A stretch of 64,000 bases of DNA from Bacilli bacterium (GTDB lineage: Bacteria > Bacillota_I > Bacilli_A > Erysipelotrichales > Coprobacillaceae), in contig JAXJVS010000042.1 of the NCBI GenBank assembly GCA_036308445.1, forward strand, positions 3,805 through 67,804. Direction: 5' to 3'. Both the position numbers and the translations under genes were made by a program. Below the pieces are notes generated by a model. That model worked only from the letters and a program-made list of their open reading frames with translations. It had not been told where the DNA came from and ran no database searches. This document shows, piece by piece, positions 30,707 to 39,914 of the stretch (the first letter of the stretch is position 1; the number at the start of each line of letters is the position of its first letter).

Positions 30707-32338
30707 ATGAAATATCGTATATTTGAAAGTGAAAATTATAAAAAAATACAAGATTATTATCAGTTACCATCTTTAGTCGCAAAAATTATTGATCAAAGGG
30801 GATTCGATGAAAAGCAGTTGAAATTAATGTTGAATCCAAGAATTATATATCATGATTTTTCATTATTTATTGAAGGCGAAATGGCATTAGATAGGATAGA
30901 AGAAGCTATTGAGAATAATGAAAAAATATGTATTTATGGAGATTATGATTGTGATGGTATACTAGCAACAACAATATTAGTTCAAGCCTTTTTAAAAAGA
31001 GGAGTTCAGGTGGGATATCATATCCCTCATCGATATGAAGATGGTTATGGTCTTAATGTAACAAGAGTAGAACAAATTGCAGAAAAGGGATACTCTTTGA
31101 TCATAACAGTAGATAATGGTATTAAAGCTTTTGAGGCTATTGATAAAGCTAATCAACTAGGAATTGATGTTATTGTGACTGATCATCATTCTTTTGATGA
31201 AGATGTACCTGATGCTTGTGCGATTATTCATACAAAATTATCACCGGATTATCCATTTAAAGACATTTCTGGTGGTTTTGTAGCATATAAGTTAGCTGTA
31301 GCATTGCTAGGTAAACAAGATAAGTATTTATTTTGTTTGGCTGCTATTACGACTATTTCAGATATGATGCCTTTGCTTGATGAGAATAGATCTTTAGTAA
31401 AAAAAGCATTAGAATTTATGAATGAAGAAAAATATCCATCATTAGAGTTGTTACTTGGAAATATACAAAAATATGATGTAACTACTATTGGATACACTTT
31501 AGCACCAAAAATCAATTCCTTTGGTAGATTACCAGAAATGATTCATCCTAATGCATTAGTAAAATATTTCTTAGAAAATGCTCCTAGAGACTATATGATT
31601 AAGATTGCTGATGCTGCAGGAAAGATTAATAGTAAACGACAGTCGCTTACCAATCAGCAATATACTCTTGCTTTAAAGGAAGATGCTAATCATTTCTTGT
31701 ATTTTGGAAGTTCAGAAATTCATGAAGGTATTGTAGGCTTAATTGCTGGTAAATATACAAGGGAATATGAATTACCTAGTTTTGTGATGCATTATAATGA
31801 AAAACAAAAAATATATAAAGGAAGTGCTAGAAGCGTTGAAGGTTTTTCTTTACATAAGTTTTTTAATGAACATCATGACTATTTAATAACTTGGGGAGGG
31901 CATGCTCAGGCTGGTGGATTTTCTTTAAGTGAAGAACATTATAATGATTTTAAAGAAGAAATCATTACAGCGTTAAAAGATCTGAATTTAGAGAGTTATC
32001 AAGATGTTTTATTGATAGATGAAGTGGATATTTCTATTAAGCAGATTGAATCTATGTCACTATTAGAACCATTTGGTATGAGTAATGAAAGTCCTTTATT
32101 CCTAATCAAGAATGTTCCTATAGAAAAAATATATACATTGAGTGAAGGAAAACATCTCAAGATGGATATAGTTTTCTCACATTTAAAAATGAATGCTTTA
32201 GCTTTTTTCAAAGGGAATATGTTAGAAGAATTAAAAGATAAAAAATATTTAGATTTAGTGGGAACTTTGTCAATCAATGAATTTAGAAACATAAAAACAG
32301 TACAATTTATGTTAAAAGATATTAATCCTGTTCTTTAA
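30707..32338 (+). CDS. recJ: Single-stranded-DNA-specific exonuclease RecJ (short form)
   Basis: DHH motifs IYGDYDCDG, ITVDNG and VIVTDHH, plus DHHA1 GGHAQAGG. Confidence 0.9.
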   Translation: MKYRIFESENYKKIQDYYQLPSLVAKIIDQRGFDEKQLKLMLNPRIIYHDFSLFIEGEMALDRIEEAIENNEKICIYGDYDCDGILATTILVQAFLKRGVQVGYHIPHRYEDGYGLNVTRVEQIAEKGYSLIITVDNGIKAFEAIDKANQLGIDVIVTDHHSFDEDVPDACAIIHTKLSPDYPFKDISGGFVAYKLAVALLGKQDKYLFCLAAITTISDMMPLLDENRSLVKKALEFMNEEKYPSLELLLGNIQKYDVTTIGYTLAPKINSFGRLPEMIHPNALVKYFLENAPRDYMIKIADAAGKINSKRQSLTNQQYTLALKEDANHFLYFGSSEIHEGIVGLIAGKYTREYELPSFVMHYNEKQKIYKGSARSVEGFSLHKFFNEHHDYLITWGGHAQAGGFSLSEEHYNDFKEEIITALKDLNLESYQDVLLIDEVDISIKQIESMSLLEPFGMSNESPLFLIKNVPIEKIYTLSEGKHLKMDIVFSHLKMNALAFFKGNMLEELKDKKYLDLVGTLSINEFRNIKTVQFMLKDINPVL

Positions 32339-32386
32339 AGTTAAATGATAATTTGTTATAATGATGATAAATAGGAGGTTATTATA

Positions 32387-32899
32387 ATGAATTTATATGA
32401 TTATATAGTAGATATTCCTGATTTTCCTAGTGAAGGAATTTTGTTTAGAGATGTTACACCATTAATGAAAGATAAAGAAGCTTATAAAGAGGCTATACGT
32501 TTATTAGTGGAGTTTGCGAAAGATAAAGAGGCTGATGTTGTTGTAGGGCCTGAAGCAAGAGGATTCTTGTTTGGTTGTCCTGTAGCTATAGAACTAGGAA
32601 CTGGTTTTGTACCAGTAAGAAAACCTGGTAAATTACCAAGGGAAACAGTAAGTATGAAATATGATTTAGAATATGGTTCTAATGAAATTCATATGCATAA
32701 AGATAGTATTGATAAGGGACAAAAAGTATTAATTGTTGATGATTTATTAGCAACAGGAGGTACTGTTGAAGCAGCTATTAAGCTTATTGAGTCAATGGGT
32801 GGAGAAGTTGTAGGTTGTGCTTTTTTGGTGGAATTAGAAGCTTTAAAAGGAAAAGAACTATTAAAAGGGTATGATGTATATTCAATATTAAAATATTAA
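32387..32899 (+). CDS. apt: Adenine phosphoribosyltransferase
   Basis: 170 aa with the PRPP-binding motif [13 protein letters not shown]; recJ-apt-relA synteny. Confidence 0.95.
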   Translation: MNLYDYIVDIPDFPSEGILFRDVTPLMKDKEAYKEAIRLLVEFAKDKEADVVVGPEARGFLFGCPVAIELGTGFVPVRKPGKLPRETVSMKYDLEYGSNEIHMHKDSIDKGQKVLIVDDLLATGGTVEAAIKLIESMGGEVVGCAFLVELEALKGKELLKGYDVYSILKY

Positions 32900-32936
32900 G
32901 GGTAATACCCTTTTTTTATAAGTGGAGGTGAAGATT

Positions 32937-35153
32937 ATGGCTAAGATAAAAGGAAAAGGAGATTCAATGTCCTTTGCTGATGTAAAAGAGATGTATTCAA
33001 CATATATTACTAATCCTGATAGTGTTGCATTAATAGAAAAAGCTTATAATTATATTATGGTTAAACACGAAGGACAGAAAAGAAAAAGTGGTGAACCTTA
33101 TACTATTCATCTTATTTGGGTTGCTTACATTTTAACAACTCTTCAAACAGGTCCTACTACAATTGCTGCTGGATTGTTACATGACGTTATGGAAGATTGT
33201 GATGTGTCAAGAAAAGAGATGGTAGAACTTTTTGGTAAAGAAATCACATCTCTTGTTGAGGGAGTTACAAAAATCAATAAAATGCCATTTAAAGATGAAG
33301 CTGATGTATATGCTGAAAATCATCGTAAAATTTATATTGCTATGGCTAAGGATATCCGAGTTATTCTTATTAAGTTAGCAGATCGCCTTCATAATATGAG
33401 AACATTAGAATTTATGCGTCCTGATAAGCAACAACGTATTTCTAGAGAAACTTTAGAAGTTTATGCACCAATAGCTCATCGTTTAGGGATTAATGATATT
33501 CGTATAGAATTAGAAGATTTATGTTTATTTTATTTGGATCCTGCTGCTTATAAGGAAATCGCAGATTTATTAGAAATAAAAAGAAGTGAAAGAAAAGCAT
33601 CTGTAGATAAAATGATGCTTTCTGTTAGAAAATTGTTAGATGATAATCATATAGATTATAGAATTAAAGGAAGAGCAAAACATATTTATAGTATTTATAA
33701 GAAAATGGTTATCAAACATAAAAGATTTGATGAATTATATGATTTAAATGCTTTAAGAATTATTGTGAATAATAAAATGAAATGTTATGAAGTTTTAGGT
33801 GTTATTCATGATCAATTTAGACCATTGCCTGGTCGTTTTAAAGATTATATTGCTATGCCTAAACCAAATATGTATCAATCTTTACACACCGCTGTTATAG
33901 GTGAAGATGGACATATATTTGAAATTCAGATTCGTACAGAAGAAATGGATGAATTAGCAGAGAGAGGTATAGCTTCTCATTGGCGTTATAAAGAAGGAAA
34001 ATCTTATTCTAGTAAAGAAGAACAAAAAGATATTGTCAGTAAGCTTCAATGGTTAGGTGATTTTATTACTTTAAGTGATGAAGTTAAAGATGGTGATGCA
34101 AAAGAATATTATGATACTTTAAGACGTGATATTTTTGAAGCTAACGTATATGTTTTAACGCCTCAAGGTAAGATTGTAGAATTACCTAATGGTTCTACAC
34201 CTATAGATTTTGCATATCGTATTCATACGGAGGTTGGACATCATATGGTTGGTGCTATCATTAATAATGTTATGGTACCAATCAATACAAAATTGAAAAC
34301 TGGTGATATTTGTGAAATTAAAACAAATAAGAATTCGGCTGGACCAAGTGAAGACTGGTTGAAGATTGTAAGAACAGCAGGTGCTAGAAATAAAATTAGA
34401 CAGTTTATTTCCAAAAGAGATGCTGAAAATCAAAAAGCTTTTATTGAGGAAGGCAGAAAATTACTAAAAGAAGAAATTAAAAGAAGAGATTTAGATGAAA
34501 AGAAATATTTAAATCCTGAAACTTATAGTTCTTATTTTGGTTCTTTTGGAGCAAGAAACTTTGATGATTTGTTATTGGTTATTGGTAAAAAACAAGCAAC
34601 TGCTACAACCTTACTTGAAAAAGTATGTCCTAGTAAAACTGGTTTCTTTGATAATTTATCAAAGATGTTGAAAAAAAATAATAATGCTTTAAATCAGCAA
34701 AAAAGAGGAAGCATTGGTATTACTGTTAATGGAATGAATGGTTTAAAAACACAAATTTCTAAGTGTTGTAATCCTATCCCTGGTGATAAAATTGTTGGTT
34801 TTGTATCTAAAGGACAAGGGATCAAAGTTCATCGTGCAGATTGTCCTAATATTAAAGATGTTGATAAAGGAAGGATTATTGATGTTTATTGGGACTATAC
34901 AAATATCATGGAAAAGAAATTTGAAGTTGATATTGAAATTATTGGTTTGGATAGGCCTAATTTATTAAATGATATTATGACTGTTATTTCTCAGGTAAAA
35001 GTTAATATTTTGAATATAAATGCTGGTATTGATGATATTGATGCTAATATTAAGATGAAGCTTTCAGTAGAAAATGCAGAAGTGCTACAGATAACGATAG
35101 ATAATCTTAATAAAATACAAGGTGTATATGAAATTAAAAGAGTTATTCATTAA
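32937..35153 (+). CDS. relA: Bifunctional (p)ppGpp synthetase/hydrolase RelA/SpoT homolog
   Basis: HD domain (HLIWVA..HDVMED), RelA/SpoT synthetase domain, and TGS and ACT C-terminal domains. RBS GGAGGTG lies before the ATG at 32937. Confidence 0.95.
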   Translation: MAKIKGKGDSMSFADVKEMYSTYITNPDSVALIEKAYNYIMVKHEGQKRKSGEPYTIHLIWVAYILTTLQTGPTTIAAGLLHDVMEDCDVSRKEMVELFGKEITSLVEGVTKINKMPFKDEADVYAENHRKIYIAMAKDIRVILIKLADRLHNMRTLEFMRPDKQQRISRETLEVYAPIAHRLGINDIRIELEDLCLFYLDPAAYKEIADLLEIKRSERKASVDKMMLSVRKLLDDNHIDYRIKGRAKHIYSIYKKMVIKHKRFDELYDLNALRIIVNNKMKCYEVLGVIHDQFRPLPGRFKDYIAMPKPNMYQSLHTAVIGEDGHIFEIQIRTEEMDELAERGIASHWRYKEGKSYSSKEEQKDIVSKLQWLGDFITLSDEVKDGDAKEYYDTLRRDIFEANVYVLTPQGKIVELPNGSTPIDFAYRIHTEVGHHMVGAIINNVMVPINTKLKTGDICEIKTNKNSAGPSEDWLKIVRTAGARNKIRQFISKRDAENQKAFIEEGRKLLKEEIKRRDLDEKKYLNPETYSSYFGSFGARNFDDLLLVIGKKQATATTLLEKVCPSKTGFFDNLSKMLKKNNNALNQQKRGSIGITVNGMNGLKTQISKCCNPIPGDKIVGFVSKGQGIKVHRADCPNIKDVDKGRIIDVYWDYTNIMEKKFEVDIEIIGLDRPNLLNDIMTVISQVKVNILNINAGIDDIDANIKMKLSVENAEVLQITIDNLNKIQGVYEIKRVIH

Positions 35154-35217
35154 AAATAATTAGACAAAATAGATGATTATGTTATTATAATAATATATTA
35201 TTTATGAGGTGATAAAG

Positions 35218-36492
35218 ATGCAGTATAAAGATTTAACGAGAGAAGAATTGGTTTCATTGCATAATGATTTAATGAAACAATATGAAGAAATCAAGGCGCA
35301 AGGATTAACATTGAATATGGCTAGAGGTAAACCGGATTTATCTCAAATAGGAGTTTCTTTGAATATATTAGATGTTTTAAATAGTCAATATGATTTTAAA
35401 AATAAAATTGAATATTGTAATTATGGTATTTTAGATGGTATTGATGAAGCTAAACAATTGTTTGCAGATATCTTATCTGTTAATAAAGAAAATATAATTG
35501 TTTATGGAAATTCAAGTTTAACTATCATGTTTGATACCGTGAGTAGAGGATACACTCATGGGTTTTTAGGAAATACTCCTTGGTGTAAACTAGATAAAGT
35601 TAAATTTTTATGTCCTGTTCCAGGGTATGATAGACATTTTGCGATTACTGAACATTTCGGTATTGAAATGATTAATATTCCTTTAAATGAGGATGGTCCT
35701 GATATGGACATGGTAGAGCATTATGTTAATAATGACGATTCTGTAAAAGGAATCTGGTGTGTACCACAATATTCTAATCCTAGTGGTATTACGTATAGTG
35801 ATGAAGTTGTAAAAAGATTTGCAGCATTGAAACCAGCAGCTAAAGATTTTAGATTGTTCTGGGATAATGCTTATATCGTTCATCATTTATATGAAGATAA
35901 ACAAGATCATGTATTAGAGATTCTAAAAGCCTGCAAAGAAGCTGGTAATGAAGATATGGTATTTGAATTCTGTTCAACATCTAAAGTTACATTAGCAGGA
36001 AGTGGTGTTGCGGCTATGGCGACTAGTGCTGCTAATAAAAAAGATATCTTAAAGCATATGACTATTCAAAGTATTAGTCATGATAAATTAAATCAATTAC
36101 GTCATGTTAATTATTTTAGCAATGGTTATACTATTGAAAAACATATGAAAAAACATGCTGATGTATTAAGACCTAAATTTGAGGCGGTATTGGATACTTT
36201 AGAAAAAGAATTAGGTGGATTAGGCATCGGAGAATGGACTAAACCAGTTGGTGGATATTTTATTTCGTTTGATGCTATGGAAGGCTGTGCAAAAGCTATT
36301 GTTGCTAAGTGTAAAGAAGCTGGAGCTGTATTAACTGGTGCTGGCGCAACTTATCCTTATGGTAAGGATCCTAAAGATTCTAATATTAGATTAGCTCCTT
36401 CTTATCCTTCTCCTGAGGAATTAAAACAAGCTGCTCAATTATTTACATTATGTGTAAAATTAGTTAGCGTAGAAAAATTATTGAATGAATAA
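35218..36492 (+). CDS. PLP-dependent aminotransferase (aspartate-aminotransferase-like family)
   Basis: About 425 aa with MARGKPDLSQ near the N-terminus and the STSKVTLAGSG lysine region. A terminator AAGTGGAA/TTCCACTT plus T-run follows at 36491-36516. Confidence 0.7.
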   Translation: MQYKDLTREELVSLHNDLMKQYEEIKAQGLTLNMARGKPDLSQIGVSLNILDVLNSQYDFKNKIEYCNYGILDGIDEAKQLFADILSVNKENIIVYGNSSLTIMFDTVSRGYTHGFLGNTPWCKLDKVKFLCPVPGYDRHFAITEHFGIEMINIPLNEDGPDMDMVEHYVNNDDSVKGIWCVPQYSNPSGITYSDEVVKRFAALKPAAKDFRLFWDNAYIVHHLYEDKQDHVLEILKACKEAGNEDMVFEFCSTSKVTLAGSGVAAMATSAANKKDILKHMTIQSISHDKLNQLRHVNYFSNGYTIEKHMKKHADVLRPKFEAVLDTLEKELGGLGIGEWTKPVGGYFISFDAMEGCAKAIVAKCKEAGAVLTGAGATYPYGKDPKDSNIRLAPSYPSPEELKQAAQLFTLCVKLVSVEKLLNE

Positions 36493-36514
36493 GTGGAAGA
36501 AATTCCACTTTTTT

Positions 36515-36542
36515 TTAACAAAACTTTAACAATTCACTAACA
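36515..36542 (+). promoter_or_regulatory. Three 11-nt-phased (T/C)TAACA direct repeats; candidate binding site of the adjacent OmpR-type regulator
   Basis: TTAACA is at 36515 and 36526 and CTAACA at 36537, directly after a terminator and just upstream of TATAAA (36546-36551). The 18-mer TTAACAAAACTTTAACAA recurs at 37272. Confidence 0.5.
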
Positions 36543-36596
36543 TCTTATAAATATCAAAGATATAAACTAACATCGTCAAATGAAAAGGAGAAAAAA

Positions 36597-36971
36597 GTGA
36601 AAAAGATAAATTTTGTAACATTATTCTTAAGTACTATTGGTACTTTAGTATTTGGTGCAGGAATGTGCATGGCACTAATTGAGGAATGGAACATGATGAA
36701 TCAAGGTATTGTAATAGGGTTGATTGGTCTGGTTATCTTGCTTGTTATGGTGTTAATAAGAAGAAAGATGAGCGGAAAGCAAATGATTAAGTTGAATGCT
36801 AAAATGATTGGTTATATTATTTATACATTGTTTGCTTTAATCGTGTTTGGTGCTGGATTGGCTATTGTTACTAGTATTCAAGAATACATGATTCTTGGAA
36901 TTATTTTTGGAGTTGTTGGTATTGTATTGTTGATTTCTTTGATTCCAATGTTAAAAGGTTTGAAAGATTAG
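36597..36971 (+). CDS. Small polytopic membrane protein (124 aa, hypothetical)
   Basis: GTG start 6 nt after AAAGGAG. Four predicted hydrophobic helices. It shares the motif IG(T/A)L(V/I)FG(A/T)GM with the protein encoded at 39249-39623. Confidence 0.6.
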   Translation: MKKINFVTLFLSTIGTLVFGAGMCMALIEEWNMMNQGIVIGLIGLVILLVMVLIRRKMSGKQMIKLNAKMIGYIIYTLFALIVFGAGLAIVTSIQEYMILGIIFGVVGIVLLISLIPMLKGLKD

Positions 36972-36994
36972 AAAGAGTGAAGGAGAAAAGAAAT

Positions 36995-37203
36995 ATGTCA
37001 AAGTTAAATGAAATGAATAAAAAATTGAACAGAAAGTTGTTGATGCTTATAACAAAATTGAGGATACTGTTGTAGGTACTTATAAGAAAATTGAAGATAC
37101 TGTTGTAGAAAGTTATCAGAAAGTAGAAGATAAATTTGTAGATAGTTTCTTAAGTGAAGAAGGAGAAACTGTTGAAGAAGCGAAAGAAAGATTAAACAAG
37201 TAA
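36995..37203 (+). pseudogene. Hendecad-repeat mini-protein (about 69 aa), frame broken at an A6 run
   Basis: ATG at 36995 follows GGAG and gives MSKLNEMNKK, then leaves the productive frame at A6 (37019-37024). The adjacent frame reads IEQKVVDAYNKIEDTVVGTYKKIEDTVVESYQKVEDKFVDSFLSEEGETVEEAKERLNK and stops at TAA 37201-37203. That frame has no start codon of its own. Confidence 0.7.
37036..37134 (+). repeat. Three tandem 33-bp (11-codon) repeats inside the mini-protein gene
   Basis: The units GTTGTTGATGCTTATAACAAAATTGAGGATACT, GTTGTAGGTACTTATAAGAAAATTGAAGATACT and GTTGTAGAAAGTTATCAGAAAGTAGAAGATAAA encode V(V/G/E)xxY(N/K/Q)K(I/V)ED(T/K). Confidence 0.85.
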
Positions 37204-37271
37204 TCCACATCTCCATTTATAAATGGAGATATAGAGTAAAAGATGGAAAAATTTCCATCTTTTTCATTACA

Positions 37272-37288
37272 TTAACAAAACTTTAACA
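37272..37288 (+). promoter_or_regulatory. TTAACA-N5-TTAACA direct repeat overlapping the -35 region of the response-regulator promoter
   Basis: TTAACA is at 37272 and 37283 (11-nt phase), 9 nt upstream of TATAAT (37298-37303). It is preceded by the terminator hairpin AGATGGAAA/TTTCCATCT (37241-37260). This is the same arrangement as at 36491-36542. Confidence 0.5.
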
Positions 37289-37320
37289 ACTTCATGCTAT
37301 AATCAATATGGTGATTAATT

Positions 37321-37998
37321 ATGACTAAGATATTAATAGTAGAAGATGATAGAGATTTAAATAAGACTATATGTTCATATTTGATGAGAAATGGTTTTGA
37401 AACAATAGGATGTTTAGATGCTGATGATGCTTATGATAAGATATATGATCATCATTTTGATCTTATTATTTCTGATATTATGATGCCCAATGTTGATGGT
37501 TTTGAATTTGTAGAAACAATTAGAGGTATTAATCAGGGAATACCTATCTTATTTATGAGTGCTAGAGATGATATTTTTTCTAAACAAAGAGGTTATCTTT
37601 TAGGTATAGATGATTATATGGTTAAACCTATTAATTTAGATGAGCTTTTATTGAAAATTGGAGCTTTATTAAGAAGAACTAAAATTTCTTCTTCTAAGCA
37701 ATTAACAGTAGGAAATCTGACTTTGAATTTGGAAGAACGTACTGCAGTATTAAAAAATGAAGAGATTCCAATGACTGTAAGAGAGTTTAATTTATTATAT
37801 AAATTATTATCTCATCCTAAAAAAACATTTACGAGATCACAATTAATGAATGAATTCTGGGATGCTGACACAATGTCTAGCTCTAGAACAGTAGATGTTT
37901 ATATAACAAAGTTAAGAGATAAATTCTCAGCTTGTGATGATTTTGAAATTGTGACTGTACATGGTTTGGGGTATAAGGCGGTACTTAGAAATGGATGA
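37321..37998 (+). CDS. OmpR/PhoB-family response regulator
   Basis: Receiver domain (ILIVEDD...DLIISDIMMP..) plus a winged-helix trans_reg_C domain (..LTVREFNLLYKLL..VDVYITKLR..GLGYK). Confidence 0.92.
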   Translation: MTKILIVEDDRDLNKTICSYLMRNGFETIGCLDADDAYDKIYDHHFDLIISDIMMPNVDGFEFVETIRGINQGIPILFMSARDDIFSKQRGYLLGIDDYMVKPINLDELLLKIGALLRRTKISSSKQLTVGNLTLNLEERTAVLKNEEIPMTVREFNLLYKLLSHPKKTFTRSQLMNEFWDADTMSSSRTVDVYITKLRDKFSACDDFEIVTVHGLGYKAVLRNG

Positions 37999-39043
37999 AA
38001 ATAGAATTGAAAGAAGAATTGGATATTTTTTGAGATTTCTTTTGTTTTTTTCTATGAATGCATTTGTTATAACTGCCTGTTTTGTTTTTACATAATCTTG
38101 AGTTTACAAATGAACAGATTGCTAATAGTGCCAAATTAACTTTACTTGATGTTTTTTTATATCATTAATTTTTTTGGGAATCGACTCTTTAAGAAATAAA
38201 TGGCTGATGGATAAGCCGATAAAAAAGATTAATAACGGCTTAAATCAAATCATGAGTGGAGAATTTAACACAAAGATAGAAAAATTAAGACCAATAGAAA
38301 ATATTAACCATCTTAATTCAATTATTGATAAGATTAATAAAATGTCATCTGAATTGGCAAGTGTCGAAACATTGAAAACAGATTTTATTTCTAATGTTTC
38401 TCATGAATTAAAGACTCCTTTAACTATTATTGGTAATTACGGAACATTACTACAGAGTGAAGATTTAGATGATGAACAAAGATTAGAATACGCTAGAGCT
38501 ATTACTAGCACAACTCATAGATTAGCTGATTTGATTACTAATGTTTTGAGATTAAATAAATTAGAAAATCAGCAGATATATCCAGATATGAAAAAATATA
38601 ATCTTAGTGAACAATTATGTGAATGCCTTTTACAATTTGAAAATATTTGGGAAGAAAAGAATATTAATATGAAAACAAATATTGAAGATGATGTTTTTAT
38701 TTATGCTGATAATGAATTGTTATCTTTGGTTTGGAATAATCTTATTTCAAATGCTTTAAAGTTTACCGATGAGAATGGACTTGTTTCAGTTGAATTGAAG
38801 ATAGAAGAAGAATATGTGGTTATAACAATTAAAGATACTGGATGTGGTATGTCTGCAGAAACTGGTAAGCATATCTTTGATAGATTTTATCAAGGTGATA
38901 CTTCTCATGCTACACAGGGAAATGGTTTGGGATTAGCATTGGTTAAAAGAGTTATAGATGTTGTTAATGGTGAAATATTTGTACAAAGCGAGCTTGGAAT
39001 TGGTTCAAAGTTTGAGATTAGGTTGAAGAATGAATATATTTAA
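37991..39043 (+). pseudogene. Sensor histidine kinase (two TM helices, short loop, HAMP-like linker, HisKA, HATPase), N-terminal region broken by two compensating frameshifts
   Basis: The ATG at 37991 overlaps the regulator stop (ATGGATGA). Frame A ends at TAA 38093-38095. Frame B (38088-38168) encodes LHNLEFTNEQIANSAKLTLLDVFLYH. Frame A resumes at about 38150 and carries the ORF-track ORF 38174-39043, with H-box SHELKTPLT, N-box ISNALKFT, G1 DTGCGM and G2 GNGLGLAL. The shifts coincide with T runs at 38085-38089 and 38152-38158. Confidence 0.8.
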
Positions 39044-39248
39044 AAATAAAATGGTTAATATTGTTGATTGATTTTTATAAAGAAAGTGTAAATCATTGTT
39101 TAATAATCTTTTCAATATAATAATGATGAGTGATATTATGGATTTATTATACATTTTTAGATTATTTATTTGTAAAAAGGACAATGATTGATGTTTTGCT
39201 TATAAATATATAATGATGTTAATATTAAGAATTAAGGAGAAATGAGTT

Positions 39249-39623
39249 TTGAATATGAATGATAATAAGTTTGAATATGTATATTCAGCTAATCAACAGG
39301 ATGAGATTAAAAAGATTAGGGAAAAATATATATCTAAAGAAGAAGATAAATTAATTTATTTAAAGAAGTTGGATGAAAGTGTTGTTTTTTCTTCGTCAAT
39401 GGAATCTATTTCAGTTGGAGTCATAGGAGCATTGATTTTTGGAACAGGTATGAGTTTTTGTATGGTATGGACTGATTCTCTATTAATTCCTGGTGTGTTT
39501 ATTGGAATTTTTGGGATGATTTTAATGGTTTTAGCATATCCTGTTTTTATGTATTCTTTAAAAAAGAAAAGAGAGAAAATAGCACCTGAAATTATAAAAT
39601 TAACAGATGAATTATTAAAATAA
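39249..39623 (+). CDS. Small membrane protein (124 aa, hypothetical), soluble N-terminal half plus two TM helices
   Basis: RBS AAGGAG upstream. The start may be TTG at 39249 or ATG at 39255. The motif IGALIFGTGMSF is related to the 36597-36971 product. Confidence 0.6.
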   Translation: MNMNDNKFEYVYSANQQDEIKKIREKYISKEEDKLIYLKKLDESVVFSSSMESISVGVIGALIFGTGMSFCMVWTDSLLIPGVFIGIFGMILMVLAYPVFMYSLKKKREKIAPEIIKLTDELLK

Positions 39624-39699
39624 CATTAAAGTAATATTTTATTGTATTTTTATTTATTGTTATTGATTTTTTATCAATAATCATTTATAATCCAAAGTA

Positions 39700-39892
39700 T
39701 CCGATGAAAAAGATTAAATAGTGAAAGTTTGTAGAGAGTTTCTGGCTGGTGAAAAGAAATAATGGAAACTATGGGACACTTTGGAGGAAGTTATGAGAAT
39801 AACCGTTAATCGCGTTAAGATATGAGGGCATGCAAAGCATGAACTAAGGTGGTACCGCGTTAATATAACGTCCTTAGATAGGACGTTTTTTT
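39700..39892 (+). promoter_or_regulatory. T-box leader upstream of hisS-aspS; specifier region GGGACAC
   Basis: Promoter is TTGATT (39663-39668)-17 nt-TATAAT (39686-39691). Stem I has AGAGAG, and the specifier-loop 3' side is UAUGG-GAC-A followed by CTTTGGAGG. The T-box sequence AACTAAGGTGGTACCGCG is at 39842-39859. The terminator is AACGTCCT/AGGACGTT plus T-run (39867-39892). Confidence 0.88.
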
Positions 39893-39914
39893 GTTTATTA
39901 AAGGAGGAATAATA

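Noticed and set aside
39123-39191. A 22-codon ORF (MMSDIMDLLYIFRLFICKKDND) in the spacer between the kinase and the 39249 membrane-protein gene was considered as a leader peptide.
   Set aside because: It has no Shine-Dalgarno sequence and no associated attenuator structure. A short ORF in AT-rich intergenic DNA is indistinguishable from chance.
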